Assembly (NCBI GenBank): GCA_002269645.1
Contig: NIVC01000728.1
Location: 1-64,000, forward strand
Source of the DNA: Macrostomum lignano
Taxonomy: Eukaryota
Length of the DNA stretch: 64,000 bases
Reading direction: 5' to 3'
Both the position numbers and the translations under genes were made by a program. Of the stretch, positions 27,026 to 39,371 are shown piece by piece (the stretch's first letter is position 1; every line of letters starts with the position of its first letter). The notes beneath the pieces are model-generated. The model searched no databases and was not told the origin of the DNA. It saw only the letters and a program-made list of their open reading frames with translations.

Positions 27026-28342
27026 CTACCATAATTTCATTGTTCTTTCATTTCATTGCTATCTGTAGCCTTTATTGGGCATTCACTGTGTACACCGAGC
27101 CCTATTGCCGCCACTCCCAACACTGGGTGTTTTAATTGAATTGTATACCAGAACACGTCTCAGAAAGTTAAAAGAATGATTTTTTCTTGAATGCTATGCT
27201 TTTTGTTTTCATGTTTAAAGCAAGAAACTTATATCCCCGAACTCAGCGTTGCAAGCTCTTTCTAGCAATATAAGTCTCTTTCTCAAAGTTTAAAACTCAA
27301 GGAACAGTTAGCATTTTAAACTTCCCAATTTCCTGACTGCTTGCCTGAGAGGCTTGCAACTTCCCAAGTTTGTTCATTGAATTTCACTGCCTAGCTAATA
27401 ACATAGGACCAAAAATAAAACCAATTGAATATCAACACAGTCCTATCTGTTTATACTGTACATTGCTATATATACTCAGCCCAAGCCCAACCCCCTTTAC
27501 TAGGGGAATCATTAAATTTAATTGCACCCCCAACACGCGGGGTTTTTATTTGCATTGAACGCAGAACATGCACACCCCCCCAATATACAGCAACCCGCGG
27601 GCAAAGGTTGGGGAGGTTTTTTTACAAACTGACCACCAACTATCTTACTGGAAAGGCAGAAGGGCCAAAAGGTTAAAAGCTGTTTTCTATTTTTTAGTAA
27701 TATTAATATGTGAAAATTAAAAATTAAAATAGCCTAAAGCCTAATCTGGAAAAGTTGCAGTCTTCCCATATAAGTTTTGATGCTGACTTGGCAGTATTGT
27801 AGGAGTTCACTTGCACTACACAAACAACATGTCAGTTTTAGTATTAGGATTCTCATTATTGCAATATAAACATATGTACACTATTGTGAGATCATAGAAC
27901 TAAATGTAGGGGCCTATACTGTTACATTGTACAAGGTACACAATGTACATACATGATTGAGATTATTGCCCTGGCCTATAAAGGCTTGTTTAATTTGATT
28001 CCTTTGTATTTGACTATATGATTTTGATAGGTCATTTGATAGTAGTTTGAATAGGCCTAAGCCTTAAGTTATAAATCATTTTAATTTGTTGGCAAACAAA
28101 AACATGCAGCCACCATGAGCTAAGATCCTTGCGCAGCCAATGCAACACAATATGACAATTTAGTGAATGCAGCATTGTCCAATATAATATTGAGATAATG
28201 ACAATTTAGATAAGCTTAATTTAGTTGTTTTTCTTGTAAGCTGCAGATGACAATCTCAAATATATGACAACTTTAGCTGGAACCATTTATAAGACATAGG
28301 CCTACACAGTTCAAAGACTTGTATATATATATGGCTTTTAGG

Positions 28343-29001
28343 CTTGTCTCTCCTCTTGCTTCTCTCTCCTCTCTACCCTGTCATCTTTACTCCTCTATTT
28401 ATTTCTTCTCCCCTGCCTTTTGTTTCTACTCTCTCCTCTCTTCTATTTCCTCTGTACACTTTTATCCCTCTTTCTTCTCTCTTCTCATCTCTTTTGTCTC
28501 TCTCTGCTATCTCATATCTCTTCTCTCATTTCCTCTCTCCTCTTCTCTTCTTTCTCCTTTTCATTCCTACCTTACTCCCCTCTTCTCTCTCATCTCTAAT
28601 TGCTTCTCTGACTGAGTGAAGGCGCAAAATCCATCAAAATCCATTCTATAAAACAGAAAATACTTTTAAGTCCTTTTTGTTGAACAAAACTCTACCAAAA
28701 AACTTTTCATTGAATAATAGAACACAACACAACATAATCAAAAGCCTCTCCGTGAAGCTGACAACCAATGAAGTCCTTTCTGTGAAATTGAAAACCATCG
28801 AAATCTTTTCAATGAAACAGAAATCTATCAAAATTTTCTTTGGGAAACTGAAAGTCATTGAAATCGTCTGTGAAATAGAACTTCATCAAATTCTTTTCAT
28901 GAAACTGAATTCCATCAAAATCCTTTCTTTTCAACGTCAATCTATCAATATAATCTTTGTCAAGCTGCGATTCATCAATTTTTAATCATAATACCCAACA
29001 T
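28343..29001 (+). repeat. 659-bp direct duplication, copy 2
   Basis: Matches 26251-26909; right junction carries a tandem 12-bp CATAATACCCAA. Confidence 0.93.
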
Positions 29002-31969
29002 AATACCCAACTTTTTAGCAGATATATATATATATCTTAAGTAGGCCTAATGCTTTATATAGAGTTTAATAAAATTGCTTCAAATGGTTCAATTGTTGAA
29101 AATTTTCATGTCAAAATAGTTTAATATGGGAAACTAGGACAGTAAGCCTATCAACATTTATATAGGCTAAATAGTAAGGCAAAAAAGACAATATGTAAGC
29201 ATAGCAAACTGATTTTTGCTAGGGCCTAACTATGAATTGATAACATCTATCTATGGAAAAAATACATTATGAGCTAGTACAAAAAATATAGCACAAAATG
29301 TACCATAACTTTTTTAATACCCAACCAATTTTTATAAATGAAATGTCACCATGGTCCATGCTCATATTCATAAAGCATGGATCTATATGATGAAGTACAA
29401 AAAATGGCCTAATCTTTAGTTTTAAAAACCTCACTGAAGTCCCTATCTATAGGCCTACCTAGCCTAGTTGTACAAGTACAATTTGCTAGAATAGGCCTAC
29501 TATTATAGAATATCAATGTTATTTATTGATTTTGTCTAGACAACTCAAAAAATAGAAATAGGCCTATAGATAATACTAATAGATTTAAGACGATTGGCAG
29601 CATCTTACATTAGAACCAAGATTGCAAGAACTTAGGGGGCCTTAGGCGACCTTAGGGGGGCCTAATGACTAGAACTATATAAATAGGGCCTGGCTATAGG
29701 CTGGCTGGACCTATCCCTAGACCTATTTTTTAATTAGGCTAGCTAATCTACATGTAGTGTAGTATAGCGATAAGCGTAGCTGCTGCCTAGATGCCTTCTT
29801 CGTAATTACACAGTTATTAAAAAATCAAGTAGGCCTAGACCTTACGAAGCCTAAAAGCCTACTACTAAAGCTCTGAATTAGCCACTATCATAATGATAAG
29901 GCTAGGTAGCTAGTGATTGTATCAACTGATAGGGACGTATCCATGTACTAAAAATTTATAATCCATAGACGAACTTGGATTTGATTGCATATATACCTGG
30001 AAGGCTGGAAGGCTGTACGCTAGCATAGGTAGTAGATATTCGAATATTTTCATTTTGGTTAGCGACTGTTACTCATAACACCGGAAAATCATAAATCATC
30101 CATATATTGTTTTACGCCAAGAGTGCCTATATAGCCCATTGTGAACATGAAAAACACATAAGAGTTAACTAAAACAAGAAAAAATGTTAGTATCAGCTAG
30201 TTTTTTAATGCATTTTTGTTTATCTTTACCTTGTTCAAGATTTTTTTTAATTGTAAAATCTGATTGAAAAGATTTCATCTCAATTATATATGAGCCTAAT
30301 GCCTAATCCATGGATCTTACATTCTTTGGTCTAATCGCGGGCTGTGAGTTGCATGAAGCAGTGTTTTTCATGCAATAAGAATGAATGGAATCGGAGTGGA
30401 AGCTAACATGTATTTATGAGAAACAGTATTACATGTATGTATACGCTAGTTTTTCAAATTTGGCATACAGTATTGTCGGTCACCTGTATACTATTGTGCT
30501 GTTTTAACGAAGTTACGCTACCCAACTAATAAGAACTGAACTCACTAGCAAAGCTAGACAGAATTAATCGATGGTTGAATCGATGGGGCTCTAATCATGC
30601 ATCTTAATTAATTAACCAAATCGTGAAATTGAATGCCTTCAGGTTTTCTACCTGTATATACATGTACAAGTCAAGTCCCTGGTACTATAATAGTACATGT
30701 ACACTTGAGGCTTATTCACGCTGCCATCAAAGGAGCCATGCCACCAAATCCCTCGACCGATGTACAAATGAGTCAAATTAGGTCTTATTTGATGGTGTGA
30801 AACAGCCTTAATTAGCAACATTTTTAAGTTTCCAGCACGAATCCAGAGATCAACAAGTGGCAGCTTTAATCCAACTTAATTTATACAGCCATAGCTAGCT
30901 CTCCTCTCTTCTCACACCAGCTCTTATTGTGTGAAGCAAATTGCACCACCAACCCTGGTTTGAACTGCGCATGTTTCAATCAAAATTAAATTCGTGATTT
31001 GTGAATTTTTAAAATTAGTGAACCGATCAGCCAGGCCGACAAGTGTATGTGTAATGAGTGTATCGCATTGAATGGGAAAGCTGCACTGTATGTACATGTA
31101 TGGGAAAAGCAGAATAAAGTTTGAGGTGTTTTTTCTTTGAGCCGAGAATTTGAGCCGAGGCACTAATACGAGTAGGACTAAAATGAACTAAAAAGTTTCA
31201 CTCGTCAAAAGCGCCAATCTTTTTATTTACTTTTTATTCAATGTGAGATAGAAAAAGGAATTACCGAAGGCCAACATACTTTTTCCAGGAATCGGTGGCG
31301 TCAGCGCTTTTCCCCCAGGTAGTCAAACAATCGCATTTAAATTTCCTGAAAGGTCGGAATTGTGTCATTATTTGCACTTATATAAAGAAAAATAAAGCTT
31401 TATATCTTTTGTTTGTTTTTGAGCTTACGTCGGCACCCAAAATGTTTTCAATTAGAGTAAAATACAAAAAGCGCTGTATTTTAATGAGACAGCGTATTTA
31501 CTGATTATTAAAATGATTGACCAATTCAGTATCAAAAAGTTCGGGGTTAGGTTCGGGGTCGGGTCAAATTTTGGTACCTGCAGGTTCGGGGTTCGGGGTT
31601 CGGGGCTCGGTGTAGGGGTACCCTACAAAAGTTGCCTACCCTACCCTAAAATTGCCGATCCCAACACCCCTACTGAGATATGAGACAAGTTGACCACTTC
31701 TCTGGTTTCTGGGTTGAAGCTTTAACATGTTGCCGAGTGTGTCACAAAATTAGTGCACATACTCAACCATCCCCTATAACCTGATCATCTCGTCTATTTC
31801 AATTAAGGAATAAAGGGCCTCGTTAAGGATTAACTAGTAAATTATCACTTAGGGATCCATAAGGAGAGTGCATGTGTTAAAGTCACGGACTACTATAAGT
31901 GTGTCGTTCATATCGTCTACTTTAGTAGTCCGTGGTAAGAGTTAGCATACGAGCGAGATAGACAGCTAT

Positions 31970-32185
31970 TACGAGGGCTATGCTGAAAATCTTTAGTCAC
32001 TCAAAACGGTAATACCCTATAAAGCAATCAAAAGCTACACTTTTTCAAAATACTCTCCTGCAGCGACCTCCTTTCGCGAAGCAGTCCTGGAATCGCGGAT
32101 TCGAACCACCGTCCCCATGAGCCGCTCTTTGAATTTCGGGAAGAGCCAGAAGTCACAGGGAGCAAAATCAGTCAGTTAGCAATCA
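31970..32185 (-). mobile_element. Mariner (Tc1/mariner) relic: 3-prime TIR plus decayed transposase C-terminus
   Basis: TA+CGAGGG terminus at 31970; minus-strand translation DFAPCDFWLFPKFKERL (mariner DLAPxDFxLFPxLK motif), then frameshifted FQDCF and GEYFE. Confidence 0.75.
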
Positions 32186-32779
32186 ATGCGAAAGATGCAA
32201 GACGAAGACTGTAGATTGACATGCTGCAGTCGTCTATGCCCATTAGGTGCCAAACGTTGTTAGTACATAAAAATCAATTGAAACAATTTTAAAGCTACGA
32301 ATATAAACGAGATCTTTTCCAGCAAGCATCAATAGATGATTTAACTTTGAGAAATTCAACTCTATCTACAGTAGTGACCCAATTGAGTGAGCATAAAAGA
32401 TACCGACTCAGTACTGTACACAGTACACAAAATTGTTGCTTGTTAGCTAAACTTATGAAATATCTGAGAAAGCTGACAGAATTAAAGGTGGGTGCGCGAT
32501 GTACACCCCCTACCAAAACCAATTGTGGAAGACTTGGGCGCTAGCCAATCAAATTAGGCCATACCACCCCCCACACAGCTTAGTCTTGTCGGCACTGGCG
32601 AGGCACTCACTTCATGTGAGACGCCGGGCCCCCCATGGTCAGTGCAGAATAAAAACTAAAAAATTGCGGCATAAATTTGCCATGACTGCTGTCGTGGGCT
32701 TTTAATACAAAACTAGACCAGCTGACACTTAATACAGCGCCAGCTAAATTATTAATTCAACAAACCTGCTTGATAAGCC

Positions 32780-32980
32780 ATGATCGTCACTTCCAACTCC
32801 GCCTTCGGAATGGTGCAGCTGGCCTCGCCTGGTAGCCGACCTGCGGCGGCAGCAGCGGCGGCGGCGCCTTTGATCTACTGCGCCGGCTCGGCCGCACTGC
32901 CAGTAGCGGGCGTCGCTACCGTTAGACGCCTACCGCTGACATCAATGCCGCCACCTCCGCCGCCTCCTCCAGCAATTACC

Positions 32981-33017
<37 letters not shown>

Positions 33018-33266
33018 CGCCGAAGTCTCATCATCCTCGGAGCCTCCTTCAGCAGCACCAGAGCCATGCACCAGAGGGCACCGTGTTGGTCAATTCGGCC
33101 ACCGACTCAGCCTACGCGTCGCACTATGCGTCAAGGTACGGCTCCGCCCTGCCCTCTGGTTCGGCCAGCAGGTCCTGCTCACCCGTGAGGCCAGTTAACA
33201 AGCGACCAATGCCTCCACAGTCTCAGTTACCGAGCACGAATCTTAATCATCAGACGAAAGTTTCAG
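32780..33266 (+). CDS. Tandem CCCH zinc-finger (ZFP36/TIS11 family) exon 1, low-complexity A/P/Q-rich
   Basis: ATG at 32780, open frame, TCAG|gtaaga donor in phase 1; four exons splice into one 449-aa frame. Confidence 0.7.
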
Positions 33267-33452
33267 GTAAGAAATTTGCTGCTTGGAAATCGTAAATAAA
33301 TCCATGATTTTTTTTTAATCGAAAGGGGAAATAACAAGTATTAGTAATAGACTAATAGTCCTTAAATACGAGACTATTTCTTGGAAAATCGGTTACACTT
33401 GTTAGCACCTGTTTTGCAAATAAATTTAATTGTTTATCATTGGCACTTTCAG

Positions 33453-33660
33453 GCCGTCCTGCCACCTCTGACTCGTGCTACGCCTCGCGCGCCACTTCGG
33501 CGCTGCACAGCCGTGCCCCATCACCTACAGCTTGTGCGCGGGCAAGACTCGCTTCTACAACGGTATCCAATGTCGCTTCCGGAGTGGCTTCCGCAGGCGC
33601 TTCTGCTGCAGCATCCGCAGTTCAGTCACGACGGGCCTCGCGAGCTGCTTCTCCATCCAA
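33453..33660 (+). CDS. Tandem CCCH zinc-finger gene exon 2
   Basis: tttcag acceptor, AA|gtgagc donor, phase 1 to 2, open frame. Confidence 0.7.
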
Positions 33661-33673
33661 GTGAGCATTTTGT

Positions 33674-34374
33674 GGTCACGACAGAAGGGGTCACGACAGA
33701 AGGGGTCACGACAGAAGGGGTCACGACAGAAGGGGTCACGACAGAAGGGGTCACGACAGAAGGGGTCACGACAGAAGGGGTCACGACAGAAGGGGTCACG
33801 ACAGAAGGGGTCACGACAGAAGGGGTCACGACAGAAGGGGTCACGACAGAAGGGGTCACGACAGAAGGGGTCACGACAGAAGGGGTCACGACAGAAGGGG
33901 TCACGACAGAAGGGGTCACGACAGAAGGGTCACGAGAGAAGGGGTCACGACAGAAGGGGTCACGACAGAAGGGGTCACGACAGAAGGGGTCACGACAGAA
34001 GGGGTCACGACAGAAGGGGTCACGACAGAAGGGGTCACGACAGAAGGGGTCACGACAGAAGGGGTCACGACAGAAGGGGTCACGACAGAAGGGGTCACGA
34101 CAGAAGGGGTCACGACAGAAGGGGTCACGACAGAAGGGGTCACGACAGAAGGGGTCACGACAGAAGGGGTCACGACAGAAGGGGTCACGACAGAAGGGGT
34201 CACGACAGAAGGGGTCACGACAGAAGGGGTCACGACAGAAGGGTCACGAGAGAAGGGGTCACGACAGAAGGGGTCACGACAGAAGGGGTCACGACAGAAG
34301 GGGTCACGACAGAAGGGGTCACGACAGAAGGGGTCACGACAGAAGGGGTCACGACAGAAGGGGTCACGACAGAA
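33674..34374. repeat. 15-bp minisatellite (TCACGACAGAAGGGG), about 47 copies, filling intron 2 of the CCCH gene
   Basis: Near-perfect tandem unit inside intron 33661-34401. Confidence 0.98.
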
Positions 34375-34401
34375 TACTCTACTTGACTTCTCTCGACGCA
34401 G

Positions 34402-34801
34402 GTCAGCCGCTCAGCAACAGCGGAATTCTCCCTACGCCGTCGTTCTTCCGCGTGGCCAGACCCGCCTGCTAGACGAGACCGCCGCAGCGCATCTGTGCCG
34501 GCGCAGCCTCCAGGAAGAGCTGGACAGTGCGGTCCGCTGGCTAGGCGCTCTAGACTGGAGCAGCGCGGCCGCATTCGAGGCCGCATCGGACGAGGCCGCC
34601 GTCATGGAGGACGAATTTCGCAGCAGCTACGATCGCGAGCCGCCGCCCGTGACCGCCGACTCCTCTAGCAGCGGCGTCAAGCAGCGCGAAGAGGCCGAGA
34701 GTCGGATTGTCTTGGCTGACACGCTGCTGTCTATGGTCGAAGCCGCCTGGTCAGACAGCGAGGACGGCGACGAGTTGCGGATTGGCAGCCGGACTGTACA
34801 G
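34402..34801 (+). CDS. Tandem CCCH zinc-finger gene exon 3
   Basis: cgcag acceptor, CAG|gtaaga donor, phase 2 to 0, open frame including MEDEF...RTVQ. Confidence 0.75.
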
Positions 34802-35111
34802 GTAAGAAAAGTGTGGTCGACGTGCAGCATGCAGACTTTATCGAGATACAGCGCTCGATTTTCTAAGAAATGAGCTGGAGGCCAATAAAGACTGCTAGTG
34901 TATTTAGTAGGTCGTATGCTATACTAAAAAACGCCAATTTTGGGAAATAAAAATCCGAGTGCAATACTAGAATACGACGAATATACGTTATTTTTCCGGC
35001 TTGCAGCTCATTTCTAAGAAAACCGAGAGTAGCGTCCCACTTCAGTTGTCCATGCGCAAGTATTCTAAGTACTATAAAAGATGCTGGCTTGGTCTGTTTA
35101 ATTTCTTACAG

Positions 35112-35366
35112 GCCCAGCAGCGTTGCAGCAAGCCGAAGAAGGAGGACGCGATTTACAACGTGCGCTACAAGACGCTGCCCTGTCTGCACTGGCAGAAGAA
35201 CCGCAACTGTCCAGCGGGCGATCACTGCCACTTCGCGCACGGCCCGCAGGAGCTGCGCCAACCGCATCGGCATCCCAAATTCAAGACGCAGATCTGCCAG
35301 AACTACAAACGCACTGGCAGCTGCGTGTTCGGCAGCCGGTGCTTTTTCAAGCACTCCGACGAGTGA
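35112..35366 (+). CDS. ZFP36-like: Tandem CCCH zinc-finger domain exon (terminal), ZFP36/TIS11-like RNA-binding protein
   Basis: RYKTLPC-x8-C-x5-C-x3-H, 18-aa spacer, KFKTQIC-x8-C-x5-C-x3-H; ttacag acceptor; TGA at 35364-35366; AATAAA at 35554. Confidence 0.88.
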   Translation, partial: AQQRCSKPKKEDAIYNVRYKTLPCLHWQKNRNCPAGDHCHFAHGPQELRQPHRHPKFKTQICQNYKRTGSCVFGSRCFFKHSDE

Positions 35367-36444
35367 CCCTGGCAAGTCATTGTCGCTTCTTAGTTCGTTC
35401 CTTGGGAGTGGCACCGGGGCTCTCGATGTCACTGAACGGTCGCAGTCTGCTCGTCAGCTTCTTAATTGGCACATTGTACACTCTATAGCCATCTAATATG
35501 ACTGCGCTAAGATATGCAGTTTGTGTGCATTTTGTTTGTCTAAATTTTACTCTAATAAATAATATGCTCATCCGAATAGTGGCGAACACCCAATGCAATT
35601 TTTATCAAATTCAAGAGTTTAATAAGTTTATATACTATATTGTGCGAGCTTATAATACTAATTATAGCTTAGCGAATGCTTTTTGGTTTTTTAATTTAGT
35701 AAACTATTGTCTTGTACATTTCGCTTTGCTCATATAATGACTTAAACCAGCATGCTATGATTGACGCTTTTACGCTGAATTAAAGCAGCATTTTCTTGAT
35801 ACAATTTCACACTTTCTATACTATCATTTTCTGTGTCTTTTTGACCAAACTACCAATCCACTGGCTTTTATTGGGTGCAAAATTTGCTAAAAGTTTTTTT
35901 ACTGTTTTATTTTACTGTCACTCCTCTTAGTTCCGCTCTTTATACATTCGCTCGGGTGCGACAATGCCTTTTGTCGAATACGGCACCCCCCTTTCTATTC
36001 GCTGAAATGCTAGTACTGAAGTATTGTAGGAATTATGAAATTGCGCCGGTTGGCTGTCCTATTGCATAATCCGCTGCAATTTCGCTTGCCCGCATCGCGT
36101 AGTAAGAAATAAAAACAATATTCGATTCGAACTGAAAATCAATAATTCGCCACATCAACGTTTGTGTGATTCGGTTTTACATTCGAGCTTGACAGTAAAT
36201 ACAATATCAATACGGTGTAATATTGTAATATCAATACACAATCATAATAGCTATGCCCATTAAACACTTGTTTTGTATGAAAAGTAGTTATTACAGAGGC
36301 TTCTTATTAATCCTTGGAAATGCCTCCATGGTTACAAACCGAGACAATAACGATAGAAAGCTTCTAGTAAATTCTAGTTAAAAATGTTCAATACATTTTG
36401 GCTGTCAGTTTCTCAGGTGGGCCTTTAGCTTGTGTCCGAGCCGA

Positions 36445-37242
36445 GACTCAATGGAGGTTGCTAAGAAGCCAAGGGCTCAATGGGGAGTTGCTGAGATGCC
36501 AATTGGCTCAATGAGGAGTTGCTGAGATGCCAATTGGCTCAATGGGGAGTTGCTGAGATGCCAATTGGCTCAATGAGGAGTTGCTGAGGTGCCAATTGGC
36601 TCAATGAGGAGTTGCTGAGATGCCAATTGGCTCAATGGGGAGTTGCTGAGGTGCCAATTGGCTCAATGAGGAGTTGCTGAGATGCCAATTGGCTCAATGG
36701 GGAGTTGCTGAGGTGCCATGGCTCGATGGGGAGTTGCTGAGATGCCATGGCTCGATGGGGAGTTGCTGAGATGCCAATTGGCTCGATGGGGAGTTGCTGA
36801 GGTGCCAATTGGCTCGATGGGGAGTTGCTGAGGTGCCAATTGGCTCAATGGGGAGTTTCTGAGGTGCCAATTGGCTCAATGGGGAGTTGCTGAGGTGCCA
36901 TGGCTCGATGGGGAGTTGCTGAGATGCCATGGCTCGATGGGGAGTTGCTGAGATGCCAATTGGCTCGATGGGGAGTTGCTGAGATGCCAATTGGCTCGAT
37001 GGGGAGTTGCTGAGGTGCCAATTGGCTCAATGGGGAGTTTCTGAGGTGCCAATTGGCTCAATGGGGAGTTGCTGAGGTGCCATGGCTCAATAAGAAGTTG
37101 CTGAGATGCCAATTCGCTCAATGGGGAGTTGCTGAGATGCCAATCGACTCAATGGGGAGTTGCTGAGATGCCAATTGGCTCAATGGGGAGTTGCTGAGAT
37201 GCCAATCGACTCAATGGTGAGTTGCTGAGATGCCATGGCTCA
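36445..37242. repeat. 31-bp minisatellite (GCTCAATGGGGAGTTGCTGAGATGCCAATTG) with a 29-bp variant, intergenic
   Basis: Visible tandem unit between the convergent CCCH and TLE genes. Confidence 0.95.
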
Positions 37243-38260
37243 GTTCATTGCTAAAACAAAGAACATGAAGCCCCCTTGATTGAATTAGCTCAATAAAACT
37301 GTCTTGGCAATGTCAGATCCGTGAGCACATCTTGGCAGGGGGGTGCTAGTACTAAAATAATAAATATTGAAACACTGACAAGCAAGCATTTCTGAGCTAA
37401 TCAGTCACTCTCCGCCACAATTGCATTATCGGGCTGCATTGAATTAAGCAATTCTATTTGTTGTTCATTTTTCTATTGTTGCAGTGGTTGCAAGCGGCTA
37501 TGCGATAAAGATGCTGTAATAAGAAGCAAAACATTGGGATTAGGACAGGGTGACCGACTACACTGGCCGACAAAGGGCTCGAAAATCAGTCAGGACAGAC
37601 AGACAGACAGAGGCAATTATAGGAGCCCACACGCATTGTTTTGAACAGATAAAAAATTTGAAAAACACAAAATTATGTCACGGGGACCAGTTAGAATTTA
37701 GGGTAACACGAATAAAACATGCTTTTTTTAAAATGGCATTACTACAGCTCAATTATGCACTTTATATTACTCGTAGTAATGTATCAGATGCCCGTATTAT
37801 GTGCAACACACGTATGCATTTGAGTATAATTAAGGAGTGATTAAAACTGTGTAGAGCATACAAAATAGGACAAACAAAACCAACAGTTAAATAAGAAACA
37901 ACAGACACAGATGAGAGCAGGGTGTGATCTATTCATCTGAGAAATATGCCCAGTTAAATTTGTTCATCAAAAAAGCGAGCAAAAAAGAATGAAAATCGTC
38001 CGATTAAATTAAAACAAAGTTAAATGATAAAAATTGAAAAAAATCAGATGCTAATAAATGGCTGCCGTATGTTACAGTCTGAAGTACCAGTAAATAAATA
38101 TTATAATAACTTACTGAGGTCAGCAAGTACAATTTCAATCATTTCAATGTTAACGAGCAGAATTTTCCATGATAATAGTAAAACAAAACACAAATAAACA
38201 ATTTTAAAATAAATTATCCTTGCGCTGGCTTCATCATCCAGCTGCCATGAGAATTTAAGT

Positions 38261-38550
38261 GCGGGAATCGAGGGGGTATTTAGCATGTCTGCGGGAATCG
38301 AGGGGGCATTTAGCATGTCTGCGGGAATCGAGGGGGCATTTAGCATGTCTGCAGGAATCGAGGGGGTATTTAGCATGTCTGCAGGAATCGAGGGGGTATT
38401 TAGCATGTCTGCGGGAATCGAGGGGGTATTTAGCATGTCTGCAGGAATCGAGGGGGTATTTAGCATGTCTGCGGGAATCGAGGGGGTATTTAGCATGTCT
38501 GCGGGAATCGAGGGGGTATTCAGCATGTCTGCGGGAATCGAGGGGCATTA
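38261..38550. repeat. 30-bp minisatellite (GCGGGAATCGAGGGGGTATTTAGCATGTCT), about 9.5 copies
   Basis: Visible tandem unit about 600 nt downstream of the TLE stop. Confidence 0.96.
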
Positions 38551-39152
38551 AGCCTGTGTGTCTGTGGGTATTTCATGGGTTATTTAGCATGCTGTCTCTG
38601 GGTATTTCAAGGGGTATTTAAGGCCGCTCGACTGGCAGCAAAATGATAGAGAAAACGCACACCTTGGAACACGCTAAACAGACTACTTTTAGCTACACAG
38701 AAGACAATAGTAGTATGCGTTTTAAACATAAATTCAGCTATGATACATGATTAAGCGATATTTAAACAAATTTTTACACAGACACAAAAACCAGAGCGAC
38801 AACTCGTTAGAAATGCACAGGGACTGGCCAGACAGGCCCTCAAGAAAATGAGAATTTGGGGGAGAGATCTAACCCCCCCGCCGGTGTTAATTTGCATAGA
38901 TAAACAAATAATCAGAAAGCAATTTATTTTAAGTTAAAAATAAGAGAAAGGCAAACAGTCATGGATGATCAGTGATTGTTAATTATTATAATCACAATAA
39001 TATCTGCGAGTAAATTACTTGAAAGTCGCCAACAGATTAAAAAGGGTTTTTGCAACGAATATTCTAGTATTCTAAATTAATTATGGATTTACAGAGTGAA
39101 TATAGACGGGCATTGTTGATGAAAAAAATAATAGTACATAGAAGCCACGCAA

Positions 39153-39344
<192 letters not shown>

Positions 39345-39371
39345 TTAATGTAAATAATCAATATTACTCTT

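Noticed and set aside
26554-28985. Duplicated 70-aa and 102-aa ORFs
   Set aside because: Identical only because of the recent DNA duplication; they derive from a degenerate AT-rich repeat and mostly have non-ATG starts
33624-33690. GTCACGAC shared between CCCH exon 2 and the adjacent array unit (exon-derived seed idea)
   Set aside because: Only an 8-bp match, and no equivalent was seen for other arrays
33381-34586. ORFs with VTTEG, SRQKG, HDRRG or VTPSV repeats
   Set aside because: Translations of the intronic 15-bp array; the flanking exons splice around it in frame
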